Shown: in pieces, positions 25,276 through 34,773 of the stretch
How the letters are laid out: each line of letters starts with the position of its first letter
Position numbering within the stretch: the stretch's first letter is position 1
From: an uncultured Planctomycetaceae bacterium
Lineage (GTDB): Bacteria > Planctomycetota > Planctomycetia > Pirellulales > Thermoguttaceae
DNA length: 64,000 nucleotides
Assembly (NCBI GenBank): GCA_964354135.1
Contig: CAYGZA010000004.1
Span: forward strand, 1,078-65,077
Direction: 5' to 3'
Made by a program: the position numbers and the translations under genes
Notes under the pieces: generated by a model
What the model was told of the DNA's origin: nothing
The model's database searches: none
What the model saw: the letters and a program-made list of their open reading frames with translations, nothing else

Positions 25276-26151
25276 GCGCGATCTCCGACGGAAGGGGTTG
25301 TTGGGCTTCGTGCGGGGCGCAGTCGGCCCGGCTGGGCCTGAGCTTGACGCCCAGGAAGAGCATGGAGAGCAGGTTGCTGCGGCTGAGGATGAGCTTCTCA
25401 ATGACTACCGGCATCGCCAATCCCAACACGAGGGCAACGGGAAGGCCCGCAAGGTACGCCGGGGCGGCAACGTGCAACTGCTGGTAGAGGACGACCGCCA
25501 CCAACCAGGCAAACGGCTGGTTCACCAGGTAGATGCCGGCCGAGTGCTTGCCGACGAACGACAGCCCCTCGGCCAGACGCCCGGCACGCTCCAGGACCAT
25601 CGCACCATACACACAGCCTAGCACGCCGGCAAACGCCCCGGCAAGGGCGGCCGGGGCGTCCGCCGTCAGGAACGGCCTGAGGTCCAGCGCACAGACGCCG
25701 ACAAACACCGCCAAGGCGCCCAGCCCACCGAGCTGCGGGTTGAACCTCTCCGACAGCCGGTGCTTTCGGAACAGGTAGCCGGAAACGAACAACGGGAAGA
25801 ACCGGCAAAACCGCGAACGTCAGGCTGACGGAGCAGTACGGCAACAAGAGCCGCAGACTCTTCTTCTTGAAGTGTTCCCAGTAGTCGCGCCAGAATGCGC
25901 CCGCCCGGGTCGCATCCCACGTGAAGAGGAAGCCCGACAAGAACATGAAAAGCGGCATGGAGAACTTGAAGACCACGTCGCCGGCGGGTGGAGAAGAAGT
26001 CGGGCCACCACTGCTCGGAACCCCTTCTTACGGGACCGTAGTGCCAGAGGACCACCAGAATGATCCCGATCCCCTTGGCAAGATCGACCCAAGCGAGTCT
26101 GCGGCGGCTGTCGGCTGCGGGCTTCGCGGTTTGGCTGTTACGCTGAAGCAT
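25265..26151 (-). pseudogene. acyltransferase family 3 (O-acyltransferase) split over three reading frames (two +1 shifts)
   Basis: Frame A from ATG 26151 gives RLAWVDLAKGIGIILVVLWH. Frame B gives VVFKFSMPLFMFLSGFLF...LLLPYCSVSLTFAV. Frame C gives FVSGYLFRKHRLSERF... and TM helices down to stop 25265. The shifts lie near 25985 and near 25800. Confidence 0.65.
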
Positions 26152-26162
26152 AACCTACTTGT

Positions 26163-26846
26163 CTACTTCTTCCTGCGGATCCGTCGGACGAGCGCCGCAA
26201 CCGGTTTGGACAGGAAAAGCCAGAAGGTGGCTCCAAGGACTTGCAGGTCCACCGAGAACGAGCGCTCGCGGGCGTACTTCAGGCGCAGGGCGTTCTTGCG
26301 CGGCAGCACTCGGGCCTGAAAATCGCCCTCCGGGTCTTCCTCGCCGATCAGCGCCTGCTGATGGGCGAATTCCAGCGAGGCAAAATCGGTGATGCCCGGA
26401 CGCACCGATAGAATGAACCGCTCCTCCGCGGTGTACTTGTCGGTGTAGAACTTGACTTCGGGGCGGGGTCCCACCAGGCTCATCTGGCCCACGAGAACGT
26501 TGATCAGATTCGGCAGCTCGTCGAGCTTGGTCCGTCGCAAGAGGCGCCCCACCCGAGTGACGCGCGGATCGTGCTTGCTGGCGGTGGAGCCGCCGAGCTG
26601 CTCCGCGTTGGTCACCATGGTGCGGAACTTGAAGAGCCGAAACGGCCTGAAACGGCGCCCGATCCGCACGCCGCGATAGAAGACCGGGCCGGGAGAGTCC
26701 AGCTTGACCGCCACGGCGACCAGTGCCAAGAGCGGCAACCCGAGCACCAGCCCGACCGTGGCAAAGGCGATGTCGAAGGCCCGCTTGGCCGCCTTATCCA
26801 GCCAACGCGCACACGCACGCCGCGCGGAGTTCGCCTCAGATGGCAC
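26163..26846 (-). CDS. small monotopic phosphoglycosyl transferase (bacterial sugar transferase, PglC/WbaP-C-terminal type); initiating enzyme
   Basis: 227-aa ORF with a GTG start. Motifs KRAFDIAFATVGLVLGLPLL, PGPVFY, RFRLFKFRTM, DELPNLINVLVGQMSLVGPRP. Confidence 0.85.
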   Translation of the reverse strand: MPSEANSARRACARWLDKAAKRAFDIAFATVGLVLGLPLLALVAVAVKLDSPGPVFYRGVRIGRRFRPFRLFKFRTMVTNAEQLGGSTASKHDPRVTRVGRLLRRTKLDELPNLINVLVGQMSLVGPRPEVKFYTDKYTAEERFILSVRPGITDFASLEFAHQQALIGEEDPEGDFQARVLPRKNALRLKYARERSFSVDLQVLGATFWLFLSKPVAALVRRIRRKK

Positions 26847-27948
26847 GGCCTTCCACCATGGTGTTGGGCGGTAACTGCTTCCCCTGGAGGGTCGCCCGGA
26901 TCAAGCCCCAGAGATTTCCCATCCCGTAGAAGTAATGCGTTGCGGCGAAAAGCAGCATGAGACAAGGGAAGAGCCGCAAACTGCGGCGCTTCCACGCGGC
27001 CTGCGCAGAGACCGCCAAGTTGAGCATCCAGTAGGCCGCGACCGGGGCGAGCATCCAAGGCAAGGAGGACGGGAGCCACAGGCCCAGCAAGACCGCCAGC
27101 AGGTGCCAAAGGACGAATCCTAGAGGAACGAGATTCCGTATGAAGATCAGCCGGACCTCTGAAAAGCGTTGGGCGTAGTACACCCAGAAGCCGTTGGTGA
27201 AGGCGTGGCGCACGTAGTCGGCCAGGCCGGTGCGGGGGAAGTAGGTACACCGGGCGGAAGGCTCCAGAATGATCTTGCCGCCGCTGCGGCGCAATCGCGC
27301 GTTGATCTCCCGATCCTCGGCGCGGAGCGTCAACTCGTTGAACATGCCGATCCTGTCAAAAACGCCCATGCGGAAACACCCGCACCAAGCTTCCTGAACC
27401 GGCCTCGGGCGGTCCCCGCCCGTTCCCGTCCGGTAGCCGGTGTTGGCCGCGGCGAACGGGTGGCTCCAGACGACGGCCACGGCTTGCTCCCAGAGGGTGT
27501 TGCCCGGGTAGGTCTCCCGGATGCCGCCGATGTTGTCGGCCCCGAACTGTTCCAAGCCGCGCACCAAGGTCGAGATGTAATTCGGGGCATAGACGGTGTG
27601 GGCATCGATACGGATCAGGACCTCCGCCCCAATCTCCCGGGCCGCGCGGATGCCCGTGTTGATTGCGGCAGGGATGATCTTCTTCGGGTTGTCTACCATG
27701 CGGGTGCAAGGGTATTGGCGGCAGTACTCGGCGACGATCTGCCGGGTCGCGTCGGTGCTCATGCCGTCCACCACGAGGATCGTCATGAGCCGATGATCGT
27801 AGTCGTTGGCCAGGAGAGAATCCAAGCACTGCCGAATGTGCAGTTCTTCGTTGCGGCAGGCGACGATCACGGCCACTTTGCTCAACCCATCCCGGGCCGG
27901 CAGTTCTTCGACCTCTCGCTTTCCGGAACCTGAATTCATAGTATGCAC
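26836..27948 (-). CDS. glycosyltransferase family 2 with C-terminal membrane helices
   Basis: VAVIVACRNEELHIRQCLDSLLAN...VVDGMSTDATR, followed by 3-4 hydrophobic helices. The start is GTG 27948 or ATG 27939. Confidence 0.8.
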   Translation of the reverse strand: MHTMNSGSGKREVEELPARDGLSKVAVIVACRNEELHIRQCLDSLLANDYDHRLMTILVVDGMSTDATRQIVAEYCRQYPCTRMVDNPKKIIPAAINTGIRAAREIGAEVLIRIDAHTVYAPNYISTLVRGLEQFGADNIGGIRETYPGNTLWEQAVAVVWSHPFAAANTGYRTGTGGDRPRPVQEAWCGCFRMGVFDRIGMFNELTLRAEDREINARLRRSGGKIILEPSARCTYFPRTGLADYVRHAFTNGFWVYYAQRFSEVRLIFIRNLVPLGFVLWHLLAVLLGLWLPSSLPWMLAPVAAYWMLNLAVSAQAAWKRRSLRLFPCLMLLFAATHYFYGMGNLWGLIRATLQGKQLPPNTMVEGRAI

Positions 27949-27994
27949 GGGTCGTCGGCCGCCGCCCCGCCTTCCTCACCGTCCCGGACCGGGC

Positions 27995-28016
27995 CGGCTC
28001 GGCGGAGGCCGAGCCG
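27995..28016. other. intra-operon GC hairpin (CGGCTCGGC-ggag-GCCGAGCCG)
   Basis: Perfect 9-bp stem in the 84-nt gap between two cluster genes. Confidence 0.4.
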
Positions 28017-28032
28017 CCGCCCTCCGGCGTCT

Positions 28033-28977
28033 CTAGGTCAACCGGCGGGTCACGAACCACGCCGACTTGGTGGCCAGGACCCGCGCCGGTTTGCCTCGGA
28101 ACCTCTGGTTGAGCCTGAACTTTCCCGGGTTGGCAAGCATGTGTACGAGTCGGCCGTCCACCTCGGCATCGACGGCGACGATCCGCTGACCGCACTGGCC
28201 GAACAACCGCTCAAAGTCGTCCACGCGAAGCCTGTTCGCGTACATGTACCTGTTTCCCGAGTACTTGCGCCACCGATTGTCGCTGAACTGGAGAAAATGG
28301 ATCGCCGAGATCGAGGCATCGGAATGCGAGAAGTGGTCCGTGAAATCGACGTGGTGCATACACAGGCCGCCATCCTTCAACACCCGGTTCGCCTCCGCGA
28401 AGATCGCTCTGATGTCTTGGGGCGGAACGTGCTCGAGAACCTGATTCGACACGTGGTAGTCAAGCGTTTGCGAGGGGACCTCCAGCCTCGAAGCGTCGGC
28501 GGGCGCTCGATAGGTGATGCTGCACAGCCGCAGGAGATCGCCGAGAGGCCTTTCTGAGCAGTCGAAACGCAAGAGGTCCTCGAACCGATCCGCCCGAAAG
28601 GCGGCTTGATCGCGAAACAGGCCTTCGATTTCCGATCTGTTCGCCCGGATGTACTGGAGATCCCGCTGAATCAGCTCGTATTTCAGATACGGATTCAGAT
28701 CGACGGTGGTCACGGCGGCGGCATCCAGCAACCACAAGGCGATGGGGAGATTGATTCTCCTTCCGGTGCCGATTTCCAGGAAAGTCTTGCCCGCCGGGCT
28801 GCCGCCCTGAAGCCGGATCCGGGCGCAGATTTCGGGGCCCAGCGCGAGAGCGCTTACGGGGTTGACCTCCCGGAGATTGCCGAATCGTCGTTGAATCCGA
28901 TAATAGAGCGAGTAGCTCCACCGGGAAGGCAACAGCGCGACGAGGTTCTGCATCGCGGCCTTGAGCATCCAGTTCAT
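28033..28977 (-). CDS. class I SAM-dependent methyltransferase
   Basis: 314-aa ORF. FLEIGTGRR (motif I-like) and VSNQVLEHV...LKDGGL, the pattern typical of the Methyltransf_11/23 type. Confidence 0.7.
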   Translation of the reverse strand: MNWMLKAAMQNLVALLPSRWSYSLYYRIQRRFGNLREVNPVSALALGPEICARIRLQGGSPAGKTFLEIGTGRRINLPIALWLLDAAAVTTVDLNPYLKYELIQRDLQYIRANRSEIEGLFRDQAAFRADRFEDLLRFDCSERPLGDLLRLCSITYRAPADASRLEVPSQTLDYHVSNQVLEHVPPQDIRAIFAEANRVLKDGGLCMHHVDFTDHFSHSDASISAIHFLQFSDNRWRKYSGNRYMYANRLRVDDFERLFGQCGQRIVAVDAEVDGRLVHMLANPGKFRLNQRFRGKPARVLATKSAWFVTRRLT

Positions 28978-29065
28978 CGGACGTCCCTTGCCCCCGGGTG
29001 CGGCTCCGGAAAGGGATCGAGTGCGCCGGAACCGGCGGCTAACCGAACCACTCGCGGAATCCCCG

Positions 29066-29752
29066 TCACACGGACGCCCTCACGAAGTAGCACGATCCCG
29101 TCCAAGCGATGCGCCGGACTTCCAATCGACCGAAGCCGGCCCTTGCGCAAGCCTCCTTGACTTGCGACTCGTGGTAATGGAACACGGCACAACGTTTCAA
29201 CAAGCGATAGCGCCATCGCCGGAGCGGCCAGCGCAGCCAGTCCTTGGCGGGGAACGTGATCAGGGCGAACTCGGAGATTCTCTTGCGGACCGCTTCCAGG
29301 AACGGCACCGGATCGGGGATGTAATCCATCACGCCCATGACGATGGCGACGTTCAGCTTCCGCTCGATCTCCGGCACAGCCGAGCAAGGCGGGAAGGGGG
29401 TGCAGATGAACTTGGTCGCGTTCTCCAGGCCCAATTGGCGGCGCTGCTCGTTGCACAACGCGATCATTCCCTCCGCGACGTCGACGCCGAGGACAAACGG
29501 CGCCCCGCGCCGTGCGGCCTCGAAGGCGTATACGCCGTTGCCGCAGCCGACGTCGAGGACGGTCCGGTTCGTCAGGTCGTTTCCTAAGGCCGCAAACGTC
29601 CGCGCGTAGCGCTCGTAGATGCTCCACCGAAACGTGCGGTCAAACCAACGCCAGAAGAAGCCCCTCTTTGCGCCATAGAGCGTGCTCCATTTCGCCGAGA
29701 AGTCGCTGAAGAACTTCTCGACCTCTTGCACCTGCTGCAGGTCATTCGGCAT
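29066..29752 (-). CDS. class I SAM-dependent methyltransferase
   Basis: 228-aa ORF. VLDVGCGNGVYAFEAARRGA (GxGxG motif I) and VDVAEGMI. Confidence 0.8.
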   Translation of the reverse strand: MPNDLQQVQEVEKFFSDFSAKWSTLYGAKRGFFWRWFDRTFRWSIYERYARTFAALGNDLTNRTVLDVGCGNGVYAFEAARRGAPFVLGVDVAEGMIALCNEQRRQLGLENATKFICTPFPPCSAVPEIERKLNVAIVMGVMDYIPDPVPFLEAVRKRISEFALITFPAKDWLRWPLRRWRYRLLKRCAVFHYHESQVKEACARAGFGRLEVRRIAWTGSCYFVRASV

Positions 29753-30635
29753 GGTCAGGACTTTCGAGGTTGGAGACCGGATAGCGATCCAGGTAGTCTT
29801 TGATTGGAAGAAACCTCAGGCTGCCGATCAACCTGGCGAGCTTGCGCCGCACCGCCCTTCGGCCGACGAAGCGCCTGAATCTCTGCGCCAGAGGCATCTC
29901 GTCGATCTTGACCACGAGGTCGCCCACCTCGTAAGGATGAAGATAGATCATCCCTGGGGCGCCGCGGCGGTTCAGCCTGCGAAAGCACCACATCGTCAAG
30001 GCCAGCGGATACAACCGCAGGTAGCCCCCGCCCCCGAAGGGGATCTCCTTCTTGAACAAGGTGATCACCGACATGGGAACCGAAATCAGTCCGTTGGGAA
30101 GGCGAAACGGTTCTCTGGGGAATCCCCCGATCCCATAGAAGTCGTGCAGGCCCGTCGGGTAAACACTCGAGTCGTAGGTAAACCCCAACTCACCCAGCAC
30201 GTCGAACACCCATTGGTTGCGGGCGACAATCGAAAACTGGGGGGCGCGGAATCCGAAGGCAGGCTTCCCCGACGCGTCCTCCAAACGCTGCTTCGCCTCC
30301 TTGATCAGCGCGGTGACCTCGGCGACGCCGTAGTGGTAAAGCCGCCGATGATGGAAGCTGTGGCAGGCGATCTCGTGGCCCGCATCGGCGATGGCGCGCA
30401 CGAGCCCGGGCATCTCCCGCGCAATCCGGCCGAGGATGAAGAATGTTGCCTTCTGATCGCGCGCCCCCAGAAAGTCGAGGAGGATGCGCGTGTTGGCCTC
30501 GATCTCCCTCTCCTGGAACCCGTCCCGCAGGTGGCGCTCCGGCACTTGCACGACGCCGTCCAGGGCCTCGGCCTGCCCCTCGATGTCGAAGGAGATCATG
30601 TTGGCGACGGCAGGCTTCTCAGAAGCAGAGTCCAT
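29742..30635 (-). CDS. polysaccharide deacetylase (CE4 NodB-type, DUF3473-containing subfamily)
   Basis: 297-aa ORF. SFDIEG..., ATFFILG, GHEIACHSFHH, FRAPQFS, and the C-terminal YLRLYP...YLHPYE. Confidence 0.8.
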   Translation of the reverse strand: MDSASEKPAVANMISFDIEGQAEALDGVVQVPERHLRDGFQEREIEANTRILLDFLGARDQKATFFILGRIAREMPGLVRAIADAGHEIACHSFHHRRLYHYGVAEVTALIKEAKQRLEDASGKPAFGFRAPQFSIVARNQWVFDVLGELGFTYDSSVYPTGLHDFYGIGGFPREPFRLPNGLISVPMSVITLFKKEIPFGGGGYLRLYPLALTMWCFRRLNRRGAPGMIYLHPYEVGDLVVKIDEMPLAQRFRRFVGRRAVRRKLARLIGSLRFLPIKDYLDRYPVSNLESPDHAE

Positions 30636-30641
30636 GGGACT

Positions 30642-32003
30642 TCAAGCGACAAGGGGAATCGGCCTACGTTCTTGGAAAAGCCCTATTCGCTCGAGGCTCA
30701 TCACCATCCCCACGATGATCCAGTACAATTGCGCGATCCGCGGAATGACGAAGACGTCCTGGGCCATCGCAGCCACCAAGAGCACGATCGTGAACAGCAG
30801 ACACAACAAACCCGTGCTTCGCACCAGCGGGGGGTGACCGTTGCGGTAAAGCCGAAAAGCGGTTCTTAAGACAAACGCGATCATGGCGAGATAGAGGAAC
30901 AGGCCCACGAAGCCCGCTTCCACGACCAACCGGAGGTAGTGATTGTGCGCCTCCGCAAAGCGCTCGTCCGAGTGGCCGGTGATCGACTTGCCGTTGCCCA
31001 AAATCGGGCTTGCCGTCAGCAAGTCGCGGTAGCCCTCGTACACCACGTCCACTCTGGACCTTCGATACTCATCGAGGCTGCCCTCGCTGGCAAGCAGCGG
31101 GTTGAAGCGGCGCTCGACCAAGGTGGCCTCGCGCTGCCCCGCCTGTCCCGAGCTCAACGCGAAGTAGGCCAGCACGGCGGCGAGCCCCGCGACAACGAAC
31201 AGGCCGACCGGAGCCCAGCGTGGCAGGATCCCTCTGCGCTGCGGCATCTCCAGAAGCAGCAAGGCGAAAGCACCCCCTCCTGCCGAGAAAATCGCCGTGC
31301 GGGAAATGCTGCCGACGATGGCCAGTGCGCCGAGACCCGCGCAGGTGACGGCCAGCGCGGCCTGACGGGGTTTGGCGGGGTTGAACAATACGATTCCCAA
31401 GTACAACGACAGGCAACCGCACAGCCCGGCGATGTGGGGATTGATGTCGCCGAGGAGGCCGACCGCGTAAGCGCCGCTGTAGTAGCCGGTCGCCAGTTGG
31501 AACACCGCGTACGACCCCTGGACCAGAGCCCCCGCCACCAGCGCGGCAATCCCTCCCTTCAGGTCTTGGACGTTGCGGACGCACAACAGCCCAACCGCAA
31601 GAAAGAGGAAGTACTCGATCTCCTTCGCGGTGAAAAAGGCCGCCCGCAGCGGGTTCACCCAGCCCTGGGAAAGCGCAAAGATGGTCGAAACGACCGACCA
31701 GCCCAGGTACGCAAAGATCAGCGGCTTCAGCGGCGATTTCCAGCGGATGAAATGGGGCCGCACCAGCCAGAGGGTCATGATCCCTCCCAGCACGAAGTCT
31801 TCCAGTCGCAGGTCGACGCTCTTGGGCTGTGCCTTGGCGATGGAAACCGTCCACAGGTTCAGCCGCGGCGGCGAGACGTACGTGACGAAAATGAGCACAA
31901 AGAGCACCGCAGCCCTAAGCTTGTTCGGCGGCGCCAGCGAAACCGCCCGGTAGTAGCGGGGTCGGACAGGAACGGGCCGGGGTATTGTCGGTGAAGACGC
32001 CAT
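30642..32003 (-). CDS. O-antigen polymerase/ligase family (Wzy_C) integral membrane protein
   Basis: 453-aa polytopic ORF. SRTAIFSAGGGAF and FAEAHNHYLRLVVEAGFVGLFLYL, the HN-x-[YF]L...E-x-G signature. Confidence 0.8.
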   Translation of the reverse strand: MASSPTIPRPVPVRPRYYRAVSLAPPNKLRAAVLFVLIFVTYVSPPRLNLWTVSIAKAQPKSVDLRLEDFVLGGIMTLWLVRPHFIRWKSPLKPLIFAYLGWSVVSTIFALSQGWVNPLRAAFFTAKEIEYFLFLAVGLLCVRNVQDLKGGIAALVAGALVQGSYAVFQLATGYYSGAYAVGLLGDINPHIAGLCGCLSLYLGIVLFNPAKPRQAALAVTCAGLGALAIVGSISRTAIFSAGGGAFALLLLEMPQRRGILPRWAPVGLFVVAGLAAVLAYFALSSGQAGQREATLVERRFNPLLASEGSLDEYRRSRVDVVYEGYRDLLTASPILGNGKSITGHSDERFAEAHNHYLRLVVEAGFVGLFLYLAMIAFVLRTAFRLYRNGHPPLVRSTGLLCLLFTIVLLVAAMAQDVFVIPRIAQLYWIIVGMVMSLERIGLFQERRPIPLVA

Positions 32004-32009
32004 GCGCAG

Positions 32010-33524
32010 TCAGTCCGTAAGAGTAAGCGGCCGGGCCGCCGGGGACCGCGGTGCCGAAACGTCCCGCCGCTCGGGCCGCGTCGGGTCCGGTCCGCCGGCC
32101 GTGGTATGTCCGTTGTGCCCCGTCCCGCAGGCAGCCGGGCCGCCGCGGCGGGCTGCCAGGGCGCGGAGCAACCGTTCCTCAAGTCCCATCCGTTCTTCCC
32201 AGGAGTGCATCGTTTTCGCAAAAGCGTCCCGGGCGCTGCGGCCCAATTGCTCGCGAAGTCCCCGATCGTCCAACAGCGCGAGGATGGCCCGCGGAAGCCC
32301 CTCGGCAATGCGGGCCGCGGGAACCAGGAGGGCATTCACTCCATCCGCGAGCAGGGCCGCCGTGCTGCCGTCGTCGATGGTCACGATCGGTTTGCCGTAG
32401 TACATCGCCTCGATCAGCGGGTTGCCCAGGTTGGAGACGTCGTAGAGGCTCAGGAAAACGTCGGCAATCGTGTAATACTTGCAGACTTCAGCGTGGGGTA
32501 CCGCCCCGAGGAAACGCACCAGAGGCTCCACGCCCAAGCGGCGGGCCAACGCCTCCAACTCGCCGCGCTTGGCGCCCTCGCCGGCGATCAGGAGCACTAC
32601 GTCGCGCCGGCCATACCGGCGCACCAGCTCGGCCAGAGCCGCGATCCCGCGGTCCACGCGCTTCCAGCCGGCCAGCCGCGAGATCATCCACAAGACGCGT
32701 TTCCCGTCCAAGCCCAAGCTCGTCTTGAACGCCGCAGCGTCCCACCCCTCGGGACACCGCAAATCGACGGCATCGAAACCGTTGAGCCAGAAGTGAACTC
32801 GGGCAGGATCCACCCGCAGGGCTCTGAGGACCTCGTCGCCGCGAGTCCCGTCGTTGGTGACGATGATGGCCCGGCTGGGCGCTTTCAGGCCCGTGATCTC
32901 GTCAAGATGCCACAGCCGACCGCGCCAGCGGCGCAGCGACTGCGCGGGCACGGTGACGCCGTGGAAGCGCGTCACCACGGGGATGTGGAGCACTCGCCCC
33001 AGGAGACTGGTCGTCAAGGCGCCGTAACAACTCAAGCCATAGAGCAGGTCCGGCTTGAACCTCATCGAGAACAACCCCGCCCGAAGCAGTTGGATCGGCA
33101 CGCACACCAGGAACATGAAGGCGACGTGCATCAGCCGCCCAACCCAATTGTACTCCGCGTAATAACCCCTCGCCTGATCGGCGTCCTCGCCACTCTGCCG
33201 GGTCTGCGGCTTCCACCGACCTAGGGAGTCCTTGAGGGCCTTTCCCAGGTCGAAGAACCAGTTCAGCCAGCGTGGCAGGCGATGGATGCGGACGTTGGGG
33301 CCGAAGATCGACGGGTCCTGCAAGGTCGGATAGCCCGCGGGAAAGATGGAAAACAGGTGAATCAGGACGTTCGCCTTCGCCAGCCAAGTCAAGGTGTTCT
33401 TGAGCGACTGGTTCCCGGCGGTCTGGACGTCGTAGAGCCCCGTCACCATGACCATGCGGAGCGGTCGGCCGGCTCCGCCGTCTCGGGTGCTTGCCGGGCT
33501 GGAGTGGAGGTTCAAGGTTGGCAT
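32010..33524 (-). CDS. glycosyltransferase family 4 (GT-B) with a disordered C-terminal tail
   Basis: LLIAGEGAKRGELEALARRLG...FLGAVPHAEV...DVFLSLYDVSNLGNPLIEAMYYGKPIV (E-x7-E region). Confidence 0.8.
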   Translation of the reverse strand: MPTLNLHSSPASTRDGGAGRPLRMVMVTGLYDVQTAGNQSLKNTLTWLAKANVLIHLFSIFPAGYPTLQDPSIFGPNVRIHRLPRWLNWFFDLGKALKDSLGRWKPQTRQSGEDADQARGYYAEYNWVGRLMHVAFMFLVCVPIQLLRAGLFSMRFKPDLLYGLSCYGALTTSLLGRVLHIPVVTRFHGVTVPAQSLRRWRGRLWHLDEITGLKAPSRAIIVTNDGTRGDEVLRALRVDPARVHFWLNGFDAVDLRCPEGWDAAAFKTSLGLDGKRVLWMISRLAGWKRVDRGIAALAELVRRYGRRDVVLLIAGEGAKRGELEALARRLGVEPLVRFLGAVPHAEVCKYYTIADVFLSLYDVSNLGNPLIEAMYYGKPIVTIDDGSTAALLADGVNALLVPAARIAEGLPRAILALLDDRGLREQLGRSARDAFAKTMHSWEERMGLEERLLRALAARRGGPAACGTGHNGHTTAGGPDPTRPERRDVSAPRSPAARPLTLTD

Positions 33525-33555
33525 TGCTCTTCGCGCGGCAAGGCCGCAACCAGAC

Positions 33556-33588
33556 AGACTTCCGAAGTCTTGAAGACTTCGGAAGTCT
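33556..33588. repeat. double palindrome AGACTTCCGAAGTCT-tga-AGACTTCGGAAGTCT, copy 1
   Basis: The two 15-nt units are reverse complements of each other, and each is a near-palindrome. With flanking C/G the stem reaches 16 bp. Lies in a 96-nt intra-cluster gap. A second copy is at 50577..50609. Confidence 0.9.
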
Positions 33589-33620
33589 GCGCGGGAGACT
33601 CTCTGTCGCAGAACGAGGTT

Positions 33621-34742
33621 CTACGCACTTGCATTGCAGAGCCGGCCGCCAAGGACTTCAGCGATCCGCCGGGCGGCGTGCCCGTCGCCGTAAAGCGCCG
33701 GCCGCTCTCCGGGAGGATGGTCCCGGTAGTCTCCGGCGGCCGCGACGATCCGCTGGGGATCGACGCCCACCGGCCGGTTCCAGCCGCACGCCACGGTTTC
33801 CACCCATTCGGTCTCGTCCCGGAGCGTCACGCACGGGACGCCGAGGTAATACGCCTCCTTCTGCACGCCGCCGGAATCGGTAAGCACGAGGGCCGCGTGC
33901 TGCTGGAGCTGGAGCATGTCCAAGTACCCCAACGGCTCGATCGCCACGAGCAAATCGGAGCGGGCGGCGGAGGAGCGGAGGGAGTCTTCCGGATCGAGCC
34001 GGTCTTCGAGACGATGCCGCTGCGCCGCGGCCCGGGTCCGCGGATGGAGGGGCAAGATCACCGGATACGGCACGCGGCGGAGCCCCTCGAAGACCTGCGC
34101 CAGGCGGTCCGGATCGTCCGTGTTGCCCGCCCGGTGAACGGTCGCCACGCAAAACTCCCGCGGCCGGAGACCGAGCCGATCGAGAATCCTCGACCGCTCG
34201 CGGGCCCGGGCCGCGGACAGGCGGACCGTGTCGGCCATGATGTCGCCCACGTCGTAGACGCCCTTTGTGATTCCTTCGGCCGCAAGCTGCGTAACCGAGT
34301 GCTGCGAAGGGGTGAACAACCACCGGGAAACGTGATCGGTAAGAACGCGGTTGATCTCCTCGGGCATCCGGCGGTTGAAGCTCCGCAGGCCGGCCTCGAC
34401 GTGGGCCACGGGGATGTGCATCTTGGCGGCCGCCAGGGCCCCGGCCAGAGTGGAATTCGTGTCGCCATAGACGATGACCGCATCGGGCCGGACTTCCTCA
34501 AGAGCTTCTTCGATCCGCTGGAGCATGGCGGCGGTCTGCTGCCCATGGGAGCCGGAGCCGACTCCCAGGTGACGCCAAGGGGCCGGGATGGCCAGCTCCT
34601 CGAAGAAGACGTCGGACATGTTGTCGTCGTAGTGCTGGCCGGTGTGGACGAGGAACTCCTCGTGGCAGCGGCGGAGCTCCACGCTCAGCGGGGCCGCCTT
34701 GATGAACTGCGGCCGGGCACCCACAATGGTCACAAACCGCAC
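33621..34742 (-). CDS. wecB: UDP-N-acetylglucosamine 2-epimerase (non-hydrolysing)
   Basis: 373-aa ORF with a GTG start. RFVTIVGARPQFIKAAP, HTGQHYD, DAVIVYGDTNSTLAGALAAAK, HVEAGLRSF. Confidence 0.85.
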   Translation of the reverse strand: MRFVTIVGARPQFIKAAPLSVELRRCHEEFLVHTGQHYDDNMSDVFFEELAIPAPWRHLGVGSGSHGQQTAAMLQRIEEALEEVRPDAVIVYGDTNSTLAGALAAAKMHIPVAHVEAGLRSFNRRMPEEINRVLTDHVSRWLFTPSQHSVTQLAAEGITKGVYDVGDIMADTVRLSAARARERSRILDRLGLRPREFCVATVHRAGNTDDPDRLAQVFEGLRRVPYPVILPLHPRTRAAAQRHRLEDRLDPEDSLRSSAARSDLLVAIEPLGYLDMLQLQQHAALVLTDSGGVQKEAYYLGVPCVTLRDETEWVETVACGWNRPVGVDPQRIVAAAGDYRDHPPGERPALYGDGHAARRIAEVLGGRLCNASA

Positions 34743-34773
34743 GACAACCTCCTCGCGGCGACGGGCACGATCA

